From an uncultured delta proteobacterium (GTDB lineage: Bacteria; Myxococcota_A; Polyangia; Polyangiales; Polyangiaceae): 64,000 bases of DNA. The stretch lies in assembly GCA_963782055.1 (NCBI GenBank), contig CAWAIF010000003.1, forward strand, positions 2,368,001-2,432,000. Reading direction: 5' to 3'. Of the stretch, positions 10,551 through 20,978 are shown piece by piece; within the stretch, counting starts at the first letter, position 1; each line of letters starts with the position of its first letter. The notes under the pieces are model-generated. The model was not told the origin of the DNA, made no database searches, and worked only from the letters and a program-made list of their open reading frames with translations. A program made the position numbers and the translations under genes.

Positions 10551-11102
10551 TCAGTGCACGGTCACCGTGAACGCGCCGTTGCCGGTGAGGCGATACTGCG
10601 CGATGAACGCCTGATCCTGGGTGTTGCGGATGCGCCAGACGTGATTGATGTAAGTCTGCTGGGTGCGATTCCCGCCGGCCGGGACGGTGCCGTACTTCTG
10701 CTCGCCGCACTGGTAGTTGACCCAGATCAGGTCGACCGCTGCATCTCTGTCGTTCTGGAGCTGGAAGTTGACGGTGTTGCCGCTGTTGCCGCTGCAGACC
10801 CCACCGTCCTCGTCCAGGAGATCGTAGTTGCCGCCGGTGATGGTGAGCGCCGGCCCGGCATCGGCCTCGGGGGCTGCGTCCGCCACGCCGTCGTCCATGC
10901 CGGCGTCGACCGCCGCGGGCGCGTCGTCCGGCGCGTCGAGCGCGGGAGCATCATCAGGCGCGGCATCGAGCGGCGGCGTCCCCTCGTCGCCCGCCTCCAC
11001 GAAGCTGGAGTCGGGCCCGTCGGAGCCCGGCGGCCCCATCAACCCCACGCCGTCGAGTGAGCAGCCGGCGACGAGGAGCAGCGAGACCGACACCCAGCGC
11101 AT
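10551..11102 (-). CDS. Lipoprotein with acidic linker and VHL beta-domain
   Basis: Lipobox VAGC; C-terminal FQLQNDRDAAVDLIWVNYQCGEQKYGTVPAGGNRTQQTYINHVWRIR resembles the von Hippel-Lindau beta domain. Confidence 0.75.
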   Translation of the reverse strand: MRWVSVSLLLVAGCSLDGVGLMGPPGSDGPDSSFVEAGDEGTPPLDAAPDDAPALDAPDDAPAAVDAGMDDGVADAAPEADAGPALTITGGNYDLLDEDGGVCSGNSGNTVNFQLQNDRDAAVDLIWVNYQCGEQKYGTVPAGGNRTQQTYINHVWRIRNTQDQAFIAQYRLTGNGAFTVTVH

Positions 11103-11147
11103 CCTGCCAGCATAGCGCAACGCGCGCCGTGCGGTGCGCCTGGCCGG

Positions 11148-11591
11148 TCAGGAAGAAGGGCTGCTCGCAGCGTAGGCCTCGACCTCCCCGGTCAGCTCGC
11201 ACGCCGCCGCCACCGTGTTGGTGACGGTGCCGAACTTGCGGATGTTCCGGTGCAGCAGCTCGACCCGGTCCGCCGTCTCGTCGGTCACGACGCGCAGCCG
11301 GTAGTGCATCCGCACCACGCGCGGGGGCGGCTCCTCCCGCTCTGCCGTCACCTCGATGCTCGCCGACGCGTAGCGGAAGGGCAGCATGTGCGAGAAGCGC
11401 TCCACGTTCTTCAGGATGCAGGCCGCGAGGGCCGCGCACAGCAGCTCGGCCGGCCCCGGCACCGTCTCGCTCCGCTGCGCCGAGCCATCGAAGCGGATGG
11501 CCTGGCTCCGCGCGTGGACGGTCGCCTCCCCACCGGGGCAGCACTCGGCCTGGACGGAGTACGTCGTTGGGGCCTTCCGGTCGGCGCTCAT
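11148..11591 (-). CDS. OsmC family protein
   Basis: PGPAELLCAALAAC motif; the second Cys position reads KFGTVTNTV. Confidence 0.85.
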   Translation of the reverse strand: MSADRKAPTTYSVQAECCPGGEATVHARSQAIRFDGSAQRSETVPGPAELLCAALAACILKNVERFSHMLPFRYASASIEVTAEREEPPPRVVRMHYRLRVVTDETADRVELLHRNIRKFGTVTNTVAAACELTGEVEAYAASSPSS

Positions 11592-11739
11592 GAGGGCCCG
11601 GCGAGGGTGGACCCTGCAGGCCGCGCTGTCCACCGGGTCGGCACCAAAGGCAGGCTTTGCGTCGGGAGATCGCCGTCGGCCTTCAGTCGCGCCGTGGTGG
11701 GGCAGTCGCCGAAAAAAAACACGAACAGGCGCCCGCGGC

Positions 11740-12339
11740 TCAGTGCACGGTCTTGCGGGGCACGCCCGTCGGGATCAGGTTCGAGTCGTAGGAGCTGAAC
11801 TCGACGCTGGAGTGGTGGCGCGGCGCGTGCGGGCGAAACGCCTTGTGCCCCTCCTCCGGTGACGGTCCGATGGAGGGCGACCGGGCGCGGCCCTCGAAGT
11901 CCGGCGCGCGCGCGATGAGCACCGCGCAGGGGGACTCGTGGAGCGCCTTCTCCGCCACCGAGCCGAGCACCAGGCGCGCGACGCCCTTGCGTGCGTGGGT
12001 ACCGAGCAGCAAGAGGTCGGCCTCGTTGTCGACCGCGACCTGCACGATCTCGTCCGCCGGGTCGCCGATCGCGACCTCGAGGTGGATCTGGAGGCAGATC
12101 GGGTTGTCGGCGCCGCCCGTCTTGGTGACGACCCACTCGTGCAGCCGCTCGAGCGCGGCGTCGATGGCGCTGGTCTCCGTCGTCTCCGCCTTGATCGCCC
12201 CGCGCCCGACGACGTGACAGAGGTGAAGCCTGGCGTCCGGACGCGCCCAGAGCAGCGTCTCCGCCTTGTCCCACAGAGGATCGGCGGTCGGGTCCCACGC
12301 CACGCCGGCGACGATCACGAGCTTGCCTTGCTGGGCCAT
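11740..12339 (-). CDS. Universal stress protein
   Basis: GDPADEIVQVA, ADLLLLGTHARKGVARLVLGSVAEKALHESPCAVLIAR. Confidence 0.92.
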   Translation of the reverse strand: MAQQGKLVIVAGVAWDPTADPLWDKAETLLWARPDARLHLCHVVGRGAIKAETTETSAIDAALERLHEWVVTKTGGADNPICLQIHLEVAIGDPADEIVQVAVDNEADLLLLGTHARKGVARLVLGSVAEKALHESPCAVLIARAPDFEGRARSPSIGPSPEEGHKAFRPHAPRHHSSVEFSSYDSNLIPTGVPRKTVH

Positions 12340-12457
12340 GGAAATGCTCCTTCGCAGCGATGGTCGCACATCTCGCGGGCGCCGGCCTCGTCGGTTCGCG
12401 CCTCGCCGCCATCCTCGTGATCGCCTAGGCTCCCGCGGCATCCGAAGGAGGCTCCCG

Positions 12458-13420
12458 ATGGCCAGAACGTTCGACGCAGAGTCCACCACCGATCAGGTCC
12501 TCGAGGGCGTCGACCTCGCGGGAAAGCGCGTCCTGGTCACCGGCGTCTCCGCCGGCCTCGGCGTGGAGACCGCGCGCGTGCTCGCCGCGCACGGCGCGCA
12601 GGTCGTCGGCGCCGCCCGCGATCTGGACAAGGCGCAGAAGGCGACCGAGCCGGTCCGCGCCGGGGCGGCCGGCGGCGGGGGCCTCGAGCTCGTCCGGCTG
12701 GATCTCGCCTCCCTCGCCAGCGTGCGCGCCTGCGCGGACGCGCTCGTCGCCGCCGGCAAGCCGTTCGATGTCGTGATCGCCAACGCCGGCGTCATGGCGT
12801 GTCCGAAGGGCGCGACGGCCGACGGCTTCGAGACGCAGTTCGGCACCAACCACCTCGGCCACTTCGTCCTGGTCAACCGCATCGCCTCGCTGCTTCATCA
12901 GGGATCGCGCCTCGTCAATCTCTCGTCGGCGGGGCACCGCTTCGCCGACGTCGATCTGGACGATCCGAGCTTCGAGCGTACGCCCTACTCCGAGTTCGTC
13001 GCGTACGGCCGCTCCAAGACGGCGAACATCCTCTTCGCGGTGGAGTTCGACAGGCTGCACGAGGCGCGCGGCGTCCGCGCGACCGCGGTGCATCCCGGCG
13101 GCATCCAGACCGAGCTCGGCCGGCACATGACGCCGGAGCTGATGCAGCAGATGATCCAGAACATCGCATCGGCGAACAAGGCGGCGAACCTGCCGGCCTT
13201 CAAGTGGAAGACGATCCCGCAGGGCGCCGCGACGAGCGTGTGGAGCGGCTTCGTCGCGGACGCCGAGGAGGTCGGCGGCCGCTACTGCGAGGACTGCCAC
13301 GTCGCCAAGATCATCGACGACCCTGCGGCCCGCGGCGGCGTGCGGCCCTACGCGCTGGACCCCGAGCGCGCGAAGGCGCTGTGGGCCAAGAGCGAGGAGA
13401 TGGTCGGCGAGCGGTTCTGA
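12458..13420 (+). CDS. SDR family oxidoreductase (retinol dehydrogenase-like)
   Basis: TGVSAGLG, NAGVM, FGTNHLGHF, catalytic YGRSK. Confidence 0.93.
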   Translation: MARTFDAESTTDQVLEGVDLAGKRVLVTGVSAGLGVETARVLAAHGAQVVGAARDLDKAQKATEPVRAGAAGGGGLELVRLDLASLASVRACADALVAAGKPFDVVIANAGVMACPKGATADGFETQFGTNHLGHFVLVNRIASLLHQGSRLVNLSSAGHRFADVDLDDPSFERTPYSEFVAYGRSKTANILFAVEFDRLHEARGVRATAVHPGGIQTELGRHMTPELMQQMIQNIASANKAANLPAFKWKTIPQGAATSVWSGFVADAEEVGGRYCEDCHVAKIIDDPAARGGVRPYALDPERAKALWAKSEEMVGERF

Positions 13421-13550
13421 ACGCGCACGGTCGCTGTGTCCACGAAGCCCGAGGCGGGGGCTCCGTCGTGGAGTCGGAGCGCGCCAGCCCGTGGGGAGCG
13501 GCCGACGCGGAGGCGCTCGCGCTCGCGGCTTCGGTCGTGCGCCGCCGGCC

Positions 13551-15864
13551 TCACCGGTAGAGCAAGAACGGCTCCCGCCTCGCCCTGAAAGCGGCGAGTT
13601 CGGCGGCCCATGGCCGCGTCACGTCCGCGAGGCTCTCGCCGCGGCGGACGGCGTCGAGTGTGCGCGCGCTCCCGAGCAGGGAGCCCATCTCGTCGAGATG
13701 CCATCGCGACGGGTAGTTGGCGCGGAGGGCGAGCGCGATGGCCAGCCCGACGCGCACCGGGCGGAAGCGCGCGCGGTCGGTCACGACGACGCGGACGCCG
13801 TGGCACACCTCGCCGCGATACCGCGACGACACCGGTGAGAAGCTCGTCGCGGCGAAGCGCACGCCCCCGAGGCGCCTGGCCGCGGAGATCGCGCACCAGG
13901 GCGTCGCCGTCGATCCACGGCGCCCCGAGCTGCTCGAAGGGGGCGTCGGTGCCGCGCCCGACGGAGAGGTTGGTGCCCTCGAGCAGGCCGATCGCCGGGT
14001 AGAGCACCGCCTCGTCGACCGTGCGGAGGCTGGGCGACGGGCGGACCCACGGGAGGCCGGTCGCGTCGTAGTACTGGCGCCGGCGCCAGCCGCGCATCGG
14101 TACGACCTCGAGGCCGGCCCCCGTGCCGTCCTCGGCCGCGAACATCCGTGCGAGCTCGCCCATCGTCATGCCGTGACGCACCGGGAGCGCGGCGGCGTTG
14201 ACGAAGGACGCGGGACCGGAAAAGACCGGTCCCTGCACGTCCACGCCGTCGAGCGGGTCGGGCCGGTCGAGCACCACGAAGCGCAGGTGCCGCCGGGCGG
14301 CGACGCGCATCGCCCGCCGCATGGTCGAGGCGTAGGTGTAAAAGCGCACCCCGGCGTCCTGCAGGTCGAAGACAATCGTCGAGGCGCCGGCGAGCGCCGC
14401 GGGCGGCGGGTCGAACCGCGCGCCGTAGAGGCTGTAGACGGGGAGCCCGTCGAACCGCGAGTCGCCCACCTTCGCGTCGCGGTCGGCGCCCAGGCCGTGC
14501 TCGGGCGAGAGGAGGGAGACGAGCTCCAGCCCGTCGGCGCGTCGAAGGGCGTCGATGGTCGTGGTGCCGTCGCGCGCGCGTGCGCTCGCGTTGGTGAGCA
14601 GCGCCACCCGCGCCCCGCGCAGCCGCGCGAACTTCTCATCGCAGAGGACGTCGATGCCCGGCTCGACCTGGGCGGCGCGCACGGCGAGCCCGCCGACGTC
14701 GGCGATGAGCGGGTTGACGTGTCCCTTGCCGTCGGGGTGCACGCGGTTGCTCAGAAAGACCACGAAGAGGTCCCTCTCCGGGTCGATCCAGAGCGCCGTG
14801 CCGGTGTAGCCGCCGTGCCCGAACGCGCGATCGGAGAAGGACCAGTCGCCGTGCTTCGGCTTGTTGGTGGCGTACGGGCTCGCCGCGTCCCACCCGAGGG
14901 TGCGCCCGTTCGCCCGGCGGGCGAAGAAGCGGCGCGCGGTCGCCTTCGAGAAGATGCGGTGCCCGTCGAGCTCGCCGCGCCCGAGCATCGCGCGGGCAAA
15001 GCGCGCGAGATCGTCGGCGGTCGAGAAGAGCCCGGCGTGCCCCGCGACGCCGCCGAGCGCGAAGGCGCGCGGGTCGGAGACGTCGCCGACAATCCACGCG
15101 CCGCCGCGCTGCTCGGTGGGGGCGGCGCGCTTCTTCAGCGTGGCCGGCGGCGTGAACATCGTCTCCTTCATCCCGAGCGGCGCGAAGATCGCGTCGTGCG
15201 CGAAGGCCGCCAGGTCCTCGCCCGACACGCGCCGCACGATCTCGCCGAGCACCATGTAGCCGACATCGGAGTAGACGAAGCGCTCCCCCGGCCGCGCGCG
15301 GGGCCTGCGCCGGGCGACACGGCGCATCGCCTCCGCCGCGCCGTGCTCGTAGTCGCTCACCGGCGTGTCGGGGGCGAGGCCGCTCTCGTGAAGGAGGAGC
15401 TGCCGGACGGTGAAGGGCGGCAGCGGCGCGAGCTCGGGGACGTACTGCGAGGCGGGGGCGTCGAGCGAGACCTCCCCGCGCTCGACGAGGATCATGATGC
15501 TCGTGGCCGTCGCGATGGGCTTGGTGAGGGAGGCGAGATCGAAGAGCGTGTTGGCGGTCATCGGCGTCCGCGCCGGCTCGACGGAGCGCGAGCCGTAGGC
15601 CCGCCGGAAGAGGATCTCGTCGCGCGTCCCGATCTCGACGACGCACCCGGGCAGCTCGTGGGCGGCGATCGCGGCCTGCACCGCGGGGCCGATCGCCGCG
15701 AAGGCGTCGTCGGCCGGGAGGGGCACCGGGGGCGGAGGGGAGGGGAGGGGGCGCGGCGCGGTGATCGCCGCGGGACGCGGGGGCGCCGTCGGAGAGGGCG
15801 GCCGGTCGCCGGCCCACGCGGCCGCCATCGCGAGGAGAAGGAGCGCGCCGGCGAGACGCTTCAC
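13551..15864 (-). pseudogene. Serine hydrolase (beta-lactamase fold) fused to exo-beta-N-acetylmuramidase NamZ (DUF1343); one frameshift near 13885
   Basis: FDLASLTK, YSD, GHGGYTG, then SPEHG, FDLQDAGVRFYTY, LSVGRGT; the C-terminus (GVRF...REPFLLYR) continues in another frame (ORF 13551..13862). Could be a sequencing error. Confidence 0.8.
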
Positions 15865-16169
15865 GTGCCCTTCATTCCAGATTGGACCGCGAGGGTGTCC
15901 GCCTCGCCCAGCGGCGTCATCTCCTCGGTGGCGCCCATCGGATCGACCTTCGACTCCAGCGTCGCCGTCGCCCACCACGCGGCTGCCTGCTCGGCGCCCG
16001 CGCGCGCGCCGACATCGGCATGGCGGAGGAAGCTGAGCGCGAGCGCGACGACCCCGATGGCAACGGCGGTGGCGGCGACGAAGCCGAGGCGGCGCGCGGC
16101 CTGCTCCTTCCAGTCGCCGGGGAGCTCGCCGGACGCGCCGCTCTCCCAGCGGATGAGACCCTCCCGCAT
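15861..16169 (-). CDS. Small single-TM hypothetical protein
   Basis: 102 aa ORF whose TGA overlaps the GTG of the NamZ fusion. Confidence 0.5.
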   Translation of the reverse strand: MREGLIRWESGASGELPGDWKEQAARRLGFVAATAVAIGVVALALSFLRHADVGARAGAEQAAAWWATATLESKVDPMGATEEMTPLGEADTLAVQSGMKGT

Positions 16170-16262
16170 GGCGGGGAGCTTCGGTCAGCCCCCGGGTCCT
16201 TGCAACGGGAAAGCCGCCTCGCGCGCGTTGCGTGCCTGCCGCGGAGCTGCGATGCTGGGGCC

Positions 16263-17699
16263 GTGAGCGAGCGGGAGCACGAGCCGCCGGTTTCGCCGGG
16301 CGATGTCCTCTCAGGCAAGTTCGAGGTGGAGCGTGTGCTCGGCATGGGCGGCATGGGCGTCGTCGTCGCCGCGCGTCACCTTCAGCTCGGGCAGCGCGTC
16401 GCCCTCAAGTTCATGCTGCCGGAGGCGCTGGCCAACCGCGACACGACCGAGCGCTTCATGCGCGAGGCGCGGGCGGTCGCCCGTCTGCGCAACGAGCACA
16501 TCACGCGCGTGCTGGACGTCGGCACGCTGGACGACGGCGCGCCGTACATCGTCATGGAGCTGCTGGAGGGGCAGGACGTGGCGGCGTTGCTGGAGAACGG
16601 CCCCCTCTCGGTGGGCCGGGCTGCGGCGATCGTCCTGCAGGCGTGCGCCGCGCTCGCAGAGGCCCACGCCGCCGGCATCGTCCATCGCGACCTGAAGCCG
16701 CACAACCTCTTCATGACCACCGACGTGGAGGGCAAGCCGCTCGTGAAGGTGCTGGACTTCGGCATCTCCAAGGACCTGGGCGAGGCGAACGCAGGGAACG
16801 CGCTCACCCGCACAACGGCGATCCTCGGCTCGCCGCACTACATGTCGCCGGAGCAGCTCAAGAGTTCTCGCGACGTGGACGCGCGCGCCGATGTCTGGTC
16901 GCTCGGGGTGTGCCTCTTCGAGCTCACCACCGCGACGGTCCCCTTCGACGCGCCGTCGGTCGCCGAGCTGTGCGCCATCGTCCTGTCGGACAAGCCCCCG
17001 AGCGTCACGAGCCTGCGCGACGACCTGCCGCCGGAGCTGGACGCGATCGTCGCGCGCTGTCTGGAGCGCGACGCGAAGGACCGCTTCCAGACGGTGGCAG
17101 AGCTGGCGACCGCGCTCGAGCCGCTCGCCGAGCCCTGGGCACGGTCGAGCGCGGATCGGGCGCGCAACGTGATGCGCAGGTCACAGGCCAGCTTGGTGGA
17201 GACGTTGGCCCCGTCGTCCGCGCCCGCGATGAGCGTGCCGGCCGTCATCGGCACGGACCCGACGCTCGCCGCCGGGCCGACGGTCGCCACGTGGGACGTG
17301 GCGGAGGAGAAGCCCCGGCCCCGCCGGTTTCCACTCGCGGCCATCATGGCGGGCGTCGCCGTCCTGGGTGCCGCGGGCGCGATCGCGGTGGCGCGCCTCG
17401 GGCAGCCGGCGACCGCCGCCGCCGTCACCTCGGAGGTCAACGGCGCGCCGGCCCCGCGCGCGACGGCGTCCGTCGCGGTGAGGCACGCTCAGGCCGTCCC
17501 GGCGCCTCCTCCCTCCGCGGCGCCGGCCGCGTCGTCGGTCTCCGGCGCGCCCCCTCCAGCGCCGACGGCGGCGCGCTCCGCCACGGCGAAGCCACGCGTG
17601 CGTCCGCCGGCGACGCGCGCCACCGCCCACGCGCCCGCACTCCCGCGCGCGTCCGCCTCGGCGAAGGGGGACGACTCCCTGCTCGAGGGGAGGAAGTGA
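16263..17699 (+). CDS. Hanks-type Ser/Thr protein kinase with TM and Pro/Ala-rich tail
   Basis: LGMGGMG, VALK, HRDLKPHN, DFG, GSPHYMSPE; ends DDSLLEGRK. Confidence 0.95.
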   Translation: MSEREHEPPVSPGDVLSGKFEVERVLGMGGMGVVVAARHLQLGQRVALKFMLPEALANRDTTERFMREARAVARLRNEHITRVLDVGTLDDGAPYIVMELLEGQDVAALLENGPLSVGRAAAIVLQACAALAEAHAAGIVHRDLKPHNLFMTTDVEGKPLVKVLDFGISKDLGEANAGNALTRTTAILGSPHYMSPEQLKSSRDVDARADVWSLGVCLFELTTATVPFDAPSVAELCAIVLSDKPPSVTSLRDDLPPELDAIVARCLERDAKDRFQTVAELATALEPLAEPWARSSADRARNVMRRSQASLVETLAPSSAPAMSVPAVIGTDPTLAAGPTVATWDVAEEKPRPRRFPLAAIMAGVAVLGAAGAIAVARLGQPATAAAVTSEVNGAPAPRATASVAVRHAQAVPAPPPSAAPAASSVSGAPPPAPTAARSATAKPRVRPPATRATAHAPALPRASASAKGDDSLLEGRK

Positions 17700-18703
17700 T
17701 GCGTCGCTGGTTCGTCCTCCCGCTCCTCGCCGTGTGCATGGTGTCCGCCGAGGCGCATGCGCAGACCGACGCCAAGGCCCGCGCGGAGGCGCTCTTCGAG
17801 GAGGGCCGCGCCCTCATGAAGAAGGGCGACCTCGCCGCCGCGTGCCCCAAGCTCGCCGCCAGCCAGAAGCTCGACCCGGGTGTCGGGACCCTCCTCAACC
17901 TCGCCACCTGCTACGAGAAGGCGGGCAAGACGGCGAGCGCGTGGGAGAGCTTCCACGAGGCGGAGGCCTCCGCGCGCCGGGAGGGGCAAGACGACCGCGT
18001 GCGCTTCGCCCACGAGCACGTCACGGCGCTCGCGTCGAAGCTCCCGCACCTGATCGTCCGCGTGCCCTCGGCGACGACAGGAGAGGTCGTGCGCCTCGAT
18101 GGCACCGTGCTCGATCCGTCGGCGTGGGGCGACAGCTTGCCGGTGGATCCCGGCTCGCACAGGGTGGAGGCCTCCGCAGAGGGGAAGCAGTCGTGGTCGG
18201 GCGCCGCCGACGTCACCGCCGGCAAGCCGGTGGAGATCGCCGTCCCCGCGCTCGCCGACGCGGCGCCGTCCTCCGTCCCCGCCACGACGACGCCGGTCGC
18301 GACGACGCCGGTCGCGACCACGCCGGCCGCCCCTGCCGCGATCCCGGCCACGCACGGGACCTCGGCGCTCTTCCCGGTCGGTATCGCCGTCGGGGTGGTG
18401 GGACTGGCGGGCGTGGCGCTCGGCGTCGGCTTCGGCGTCGACGCCAAGAACAAGAACGACGCCGCGCTGACTCACTGCCCGCAGACGCCCGCGTGCGCCG
18501 ATCAGACCGGCGTCGACCTGACGCACGAGGCGCAGACGTCCGCGACGGTGTCGACGGTCGGCTTCATCGCAGGGGGCGTGCTGGTCGCCGCCGCCGTCAC
18601 CATGGTCCTGATCGCGCCGCGCGAGAAGCGTGCGGTCACCGCGCGCCTCGCGCCGGTGGTCGGCCCCGGCACCTTCGGCGCCGCGCTGGGAGGCACCTTC
18701 TGA
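17699..18703 (+). CDS. Secreted TPR + PEGA-like protein with C-terminal membrane region
   Basis: Signal peptide; AEALFEEGRAL...GTLLNLATCYE; PVDPGSHRVEASAEGK; ends LGGTF; TGATG coupling to the kinase. Confidence 0.85.
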   Translation: MRRWFVLPLLAVCMVSAEAHAQTDAKARAEALFEEGRALMKKGDLAAACPKLAASQKLDPGVGTLLNLATCYEKAGKTASAWESFHEAEASARREGQDDRVRFAHEHVTALASKLPHLIVRVPSATTGEVVRLDGTVLDPSAWGDSLPVDPGSHRVEASAEGKQSWSGAADVTAGKPVEIAVPALADAAPSSVPATTTPVATTPVATTPAAPAAIPATHGTSALFPVGIAVGVVGLAGVALGVGFGVDAKNKNDAALTHCPQTPACADQTGVDLTHEAQTSATVSTVGFIAGGVLVAAAVTMVLIAPREKRAVTARLAPVVGPGTFGAALGGTF

Positions 18704-19839
18704 TGCGCCGCGCGGTCGTCATCGGCCTCTGCGCGGCGCTGGTGGGCTGCGCGAGCATCCTCGGCATCGACAATCGCTACTACGACGGCGACGCGGGGAC
18801 GGACGGCTCCGTCAACGACTCCGGGCTGCCCGACGCCTCCGCCGACGGCCCGCTGGCCGACGCCGGCGCGTGCGGCGCGTGCGGGGTGAACGTCGCGGAC
18901 TGCGTGGTCCTCGCGTGCAACCAGTCCAGCCCGACCCACGTGGCCGCGTCCAGCTCCCGCGTGTTCTGGACGCGCTCCGACCCGTTCTTCCCGACGTACA
19001 ACGGCGTCTTCTCCACCGCGACGCCCGGCGGTCCCGTCGAGACCAACTACGCCACGAGCACCGACTCCCTCGGGAACATGGTCGCGTACGAGAACAACAT
19101 CTACGTGGCCCTCGGCGCGGGCGGGCTCCTCCTCGTCCCGGGCAACGGCGGTGTCGGCACCGCGCCGGTGACCTCGCCGGTGAACGCGGTCGCGATCGAC
19201 AACGCCGACGCGGGCGAGCTCGGCCTGGGCAACACGTCGGACGCGGGCGGCATCTACCGCTGCGGGCCCGCCGCCCAGTGCAAAAACGGCACGCTCACGC
19301 CGGTGTACGGGCCGGTCCCGGCCTTCGACGCCATCGCCATGGATGGCACGCACGTGTACTGGGGCGCGGGGTTCAACAACGCGGAGATCTACCGCTGCGC
19401 GTGGGGTAGCGCCTGCACGACGCCCACGATGCTCGCGATGCCGAAGACCGTAGGCACCCTCGACGTCGACGACACGCACGTCTACTGGACGGACTTCTAC
19501 GGCTCGGGAGAGGCGATCTTCCGTGCGGACAAGACCGACGGCGGCAACCTGCTCCGGATCACCACCCCACAGTCGCAGTCGATCCACGGGATCGGCTCGG
19601 TGGTCGTCGACGGGGCGGACGTCTTCTACACGGCGGTCGGCGGCAACGGCACAGGGACCGTGTCGAGGGTGGGCATCGACGGCTTGGGCCAGCAGGACAT
19701 CGTCACCGGGCTGAGCGGGCCGGCGGGGCTTTCGGTCGACAAGAACTACGTCTACTTCACCGAGTTCGGTGCCCACGCCGACAGCGGCGCGTCCTTCCCC
19801 GACGGCCGCGTGATGCGCATCCCGCGCCCCAGCTTCTGA
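18703..19839 (+). CDS. Lipoprotein with beta-propeller-like repeats
   Basis: Lipobox LVGC; repeated units RVFWT, DGTHVYW, DDTHVYWT, DVFYT, DKNYVYFT; TGATG coupling. Confidence 0.8.
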   Translation: MRRAVVIGLCAALVGCASILGIDNRYYDGDAGTDGSVNDSGLPDASADGPLADAGACGACGVNVADCVVLACNQSSPTHVAASSSRVFWTRSDPFFPTYNGVFSTATPGGPVETNYATSTDSLGNMVAYENNIYVALGAGGLLLVPGNGGVGTAPVTSPVNAVAIDNADAGELGLGNTSDAGGIYRCGPAAQCKNGTLTPVYGPVPAFDAIAMDGTHVYWGAGFNNAEIYRCAWGSACTTPTMLAMPKTVGTLDVDDTHVYWTDFYGSGEAIFRADKTDGGNLLRITTPQSQSIHGIGSVVVDGADVFYTAVGGNGTGTVSRVGIDGLGQQDIVTGLSGPAGLSVDKNYVYFTEFGAHADSGASFPDGRVMRIPRPSF

Positions 19840-19840
19840 A

Positions 19841-19950
19841 TCTGGATCAACGAGCGCGATTCGGAATCGCGCGCCGCCCCGCCCCGAAAAACGCGGTTCT
19901 TCGGGCCCCACCCCACGCGGCGCTCGCTTTGCTCGCGAAGATGGGCGTTG
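19841..19950 (+). repeat. Dispersed structured intergenic repeat, copy A
   Basis: Aligns with the reverse complement of 25112-25260 apart from one internal gap. Confidence 0.85.
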
Positions 19951-19956
19951 CCGATT

Positions 19957-20877
19957 CTAGCGCGGCAGGCAGGGGGCCGTCCTGCGCACGCTCTGCTTCG
20001 CGAGCTCGGCCACCAGGAAGTCGCGAAGGAGCCGTACGCGCGCGGGGAGGTACTTGGTCGCGGGCGTGACGACGTAGAGCGCCGCGTCGCGCACCTCGTA
20101 CTCCGGGAGCACGCGCACGAGCTCACGGCTCGCCCGCTCCGGGCCGATGCTGAAGGTCTGGAACACTCCGATGCCCGCGCCCTCGGCCACGGCCCGCCGG
20201 ACGAAGGTGAGGTCGTCGGCCGAGAGGGAGCCGGAGACGTGTACGCGCTCCTCGCCCTTCGGCCCGTGGAGCTTCCAGACCGCGTGCCCGCCCGACGCGC
20301 GGAAGAGCACGCACTCGTGGCGCGCCAGGTCGGCGAGCTTCTTCGGGCGCCCCGCCCGATCCAGGTACGCCTTCGACGCGAAGATGCCGAGGTCGCTGCT
20401 GGCGACCTTGCGCGCGACGAGCGTGGAGTCGGTGAGGCGTGCCCCCGCGCGCACCGCGATGTCCACGCCCTCCTGCACCAGGTCCACCCGGCGTGAGGTC
20501 AGCACGGTCTCCACCCTCAGGCCGGGGTGCGTGCGCACGAAGTGGGAGAGCAGCGGCGCCAGCACCACCACCCCGAGGTCCACCGGCGCGGTGACGCGGA
20601 CGTCGCCCTTCGGATCGCGCTCGGCGTGGCCGGCGAGCGCGGCCGCCTCGTCCAGCGCGGCGATGGCGCCCTTCACCCGCTCGTAGTAGGCGTGCCCGGC
20701 GTCGGTCAGCGTGACCGCGCGCGTCGTGCGGCGCAGCAGCGCGACGCCCACGTCGTCCTCCAGCCGGGCGACGCCGCGGCTGACGCTGGACTTGGGCATC
20801 CCGAGCGTGGCGGCGGCGGCGGTGAACGTCCCGGCCTCCACCACGCGGACGAAGAGGGCGATGTCGTTGCGATCCAT
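19957..20877 (-). CDS. LysR family transcriptional regulator
   Basis: FVRVVEAGTFTAAAATLGMPKSSVSRGVARLE...LLRRTTR; DLVQEGVDIAVR. Confidence 0.96.
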   Translation of the reverse strand: MDRNDIALFVRVVEAGTFTAAAATLGMPKSSVSRGVARLEDDVGVALLRRTTRAVTLTDAGHAYYERVKGAIAALDEAAALAGHAERDPKGDVRVTAPVDLGVVVLAPLLSHFVRTHPGLRVETVLTSRRVDLVQEGVDIAVRAGARLTDSTLVARKVASSDLGIFASKAYLDRAGRPKKLADLARHECVLFRASGGHAVWKLHGPKGEERVHVSGSLSADDLTFVRRAVAEGAGIGVFQTFSIGPERASRELVRVLPEYEVRDAALYVVTPATKYLPARVRLLRDFLVAELAKQSVRRTAPCLPR

Positions 20878-20897
20878 TGTTGCGCGTTCTGCAACAA
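20877..20897. promoter_or_regulatory. LysR-type operator (T-N11-A within an inverted repeat)
   Basis: TTGTTGC-N7-GCAACAA abutting the lysR start codon; T20881-N11-A20893. Confidence 0.75.
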
Positions 20898-20978
20898 AGA
20901 AGTGCAGATCGCAACACTACCGACTTCCACGGAACGACGCATTTTGGACCCCGAACCCCCTCCGAGGAGATCCCACCG

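Noticed and set aside
11592..11739. GACGCAAAGCC on the minus strand upstream of the OsmC gene, resembling the c-di-GMP-I (GEMM) riboswitch core
   Set aside because: The preceding GGCAAA and GAAA-tetraloop stem are missing; only an Infernal search could rescue it.
18281..18325. Short coding repeat ATT(T)PV in the TPR-PEGA linker
   Set aside because: Ordinary low-complexity linker expansion.
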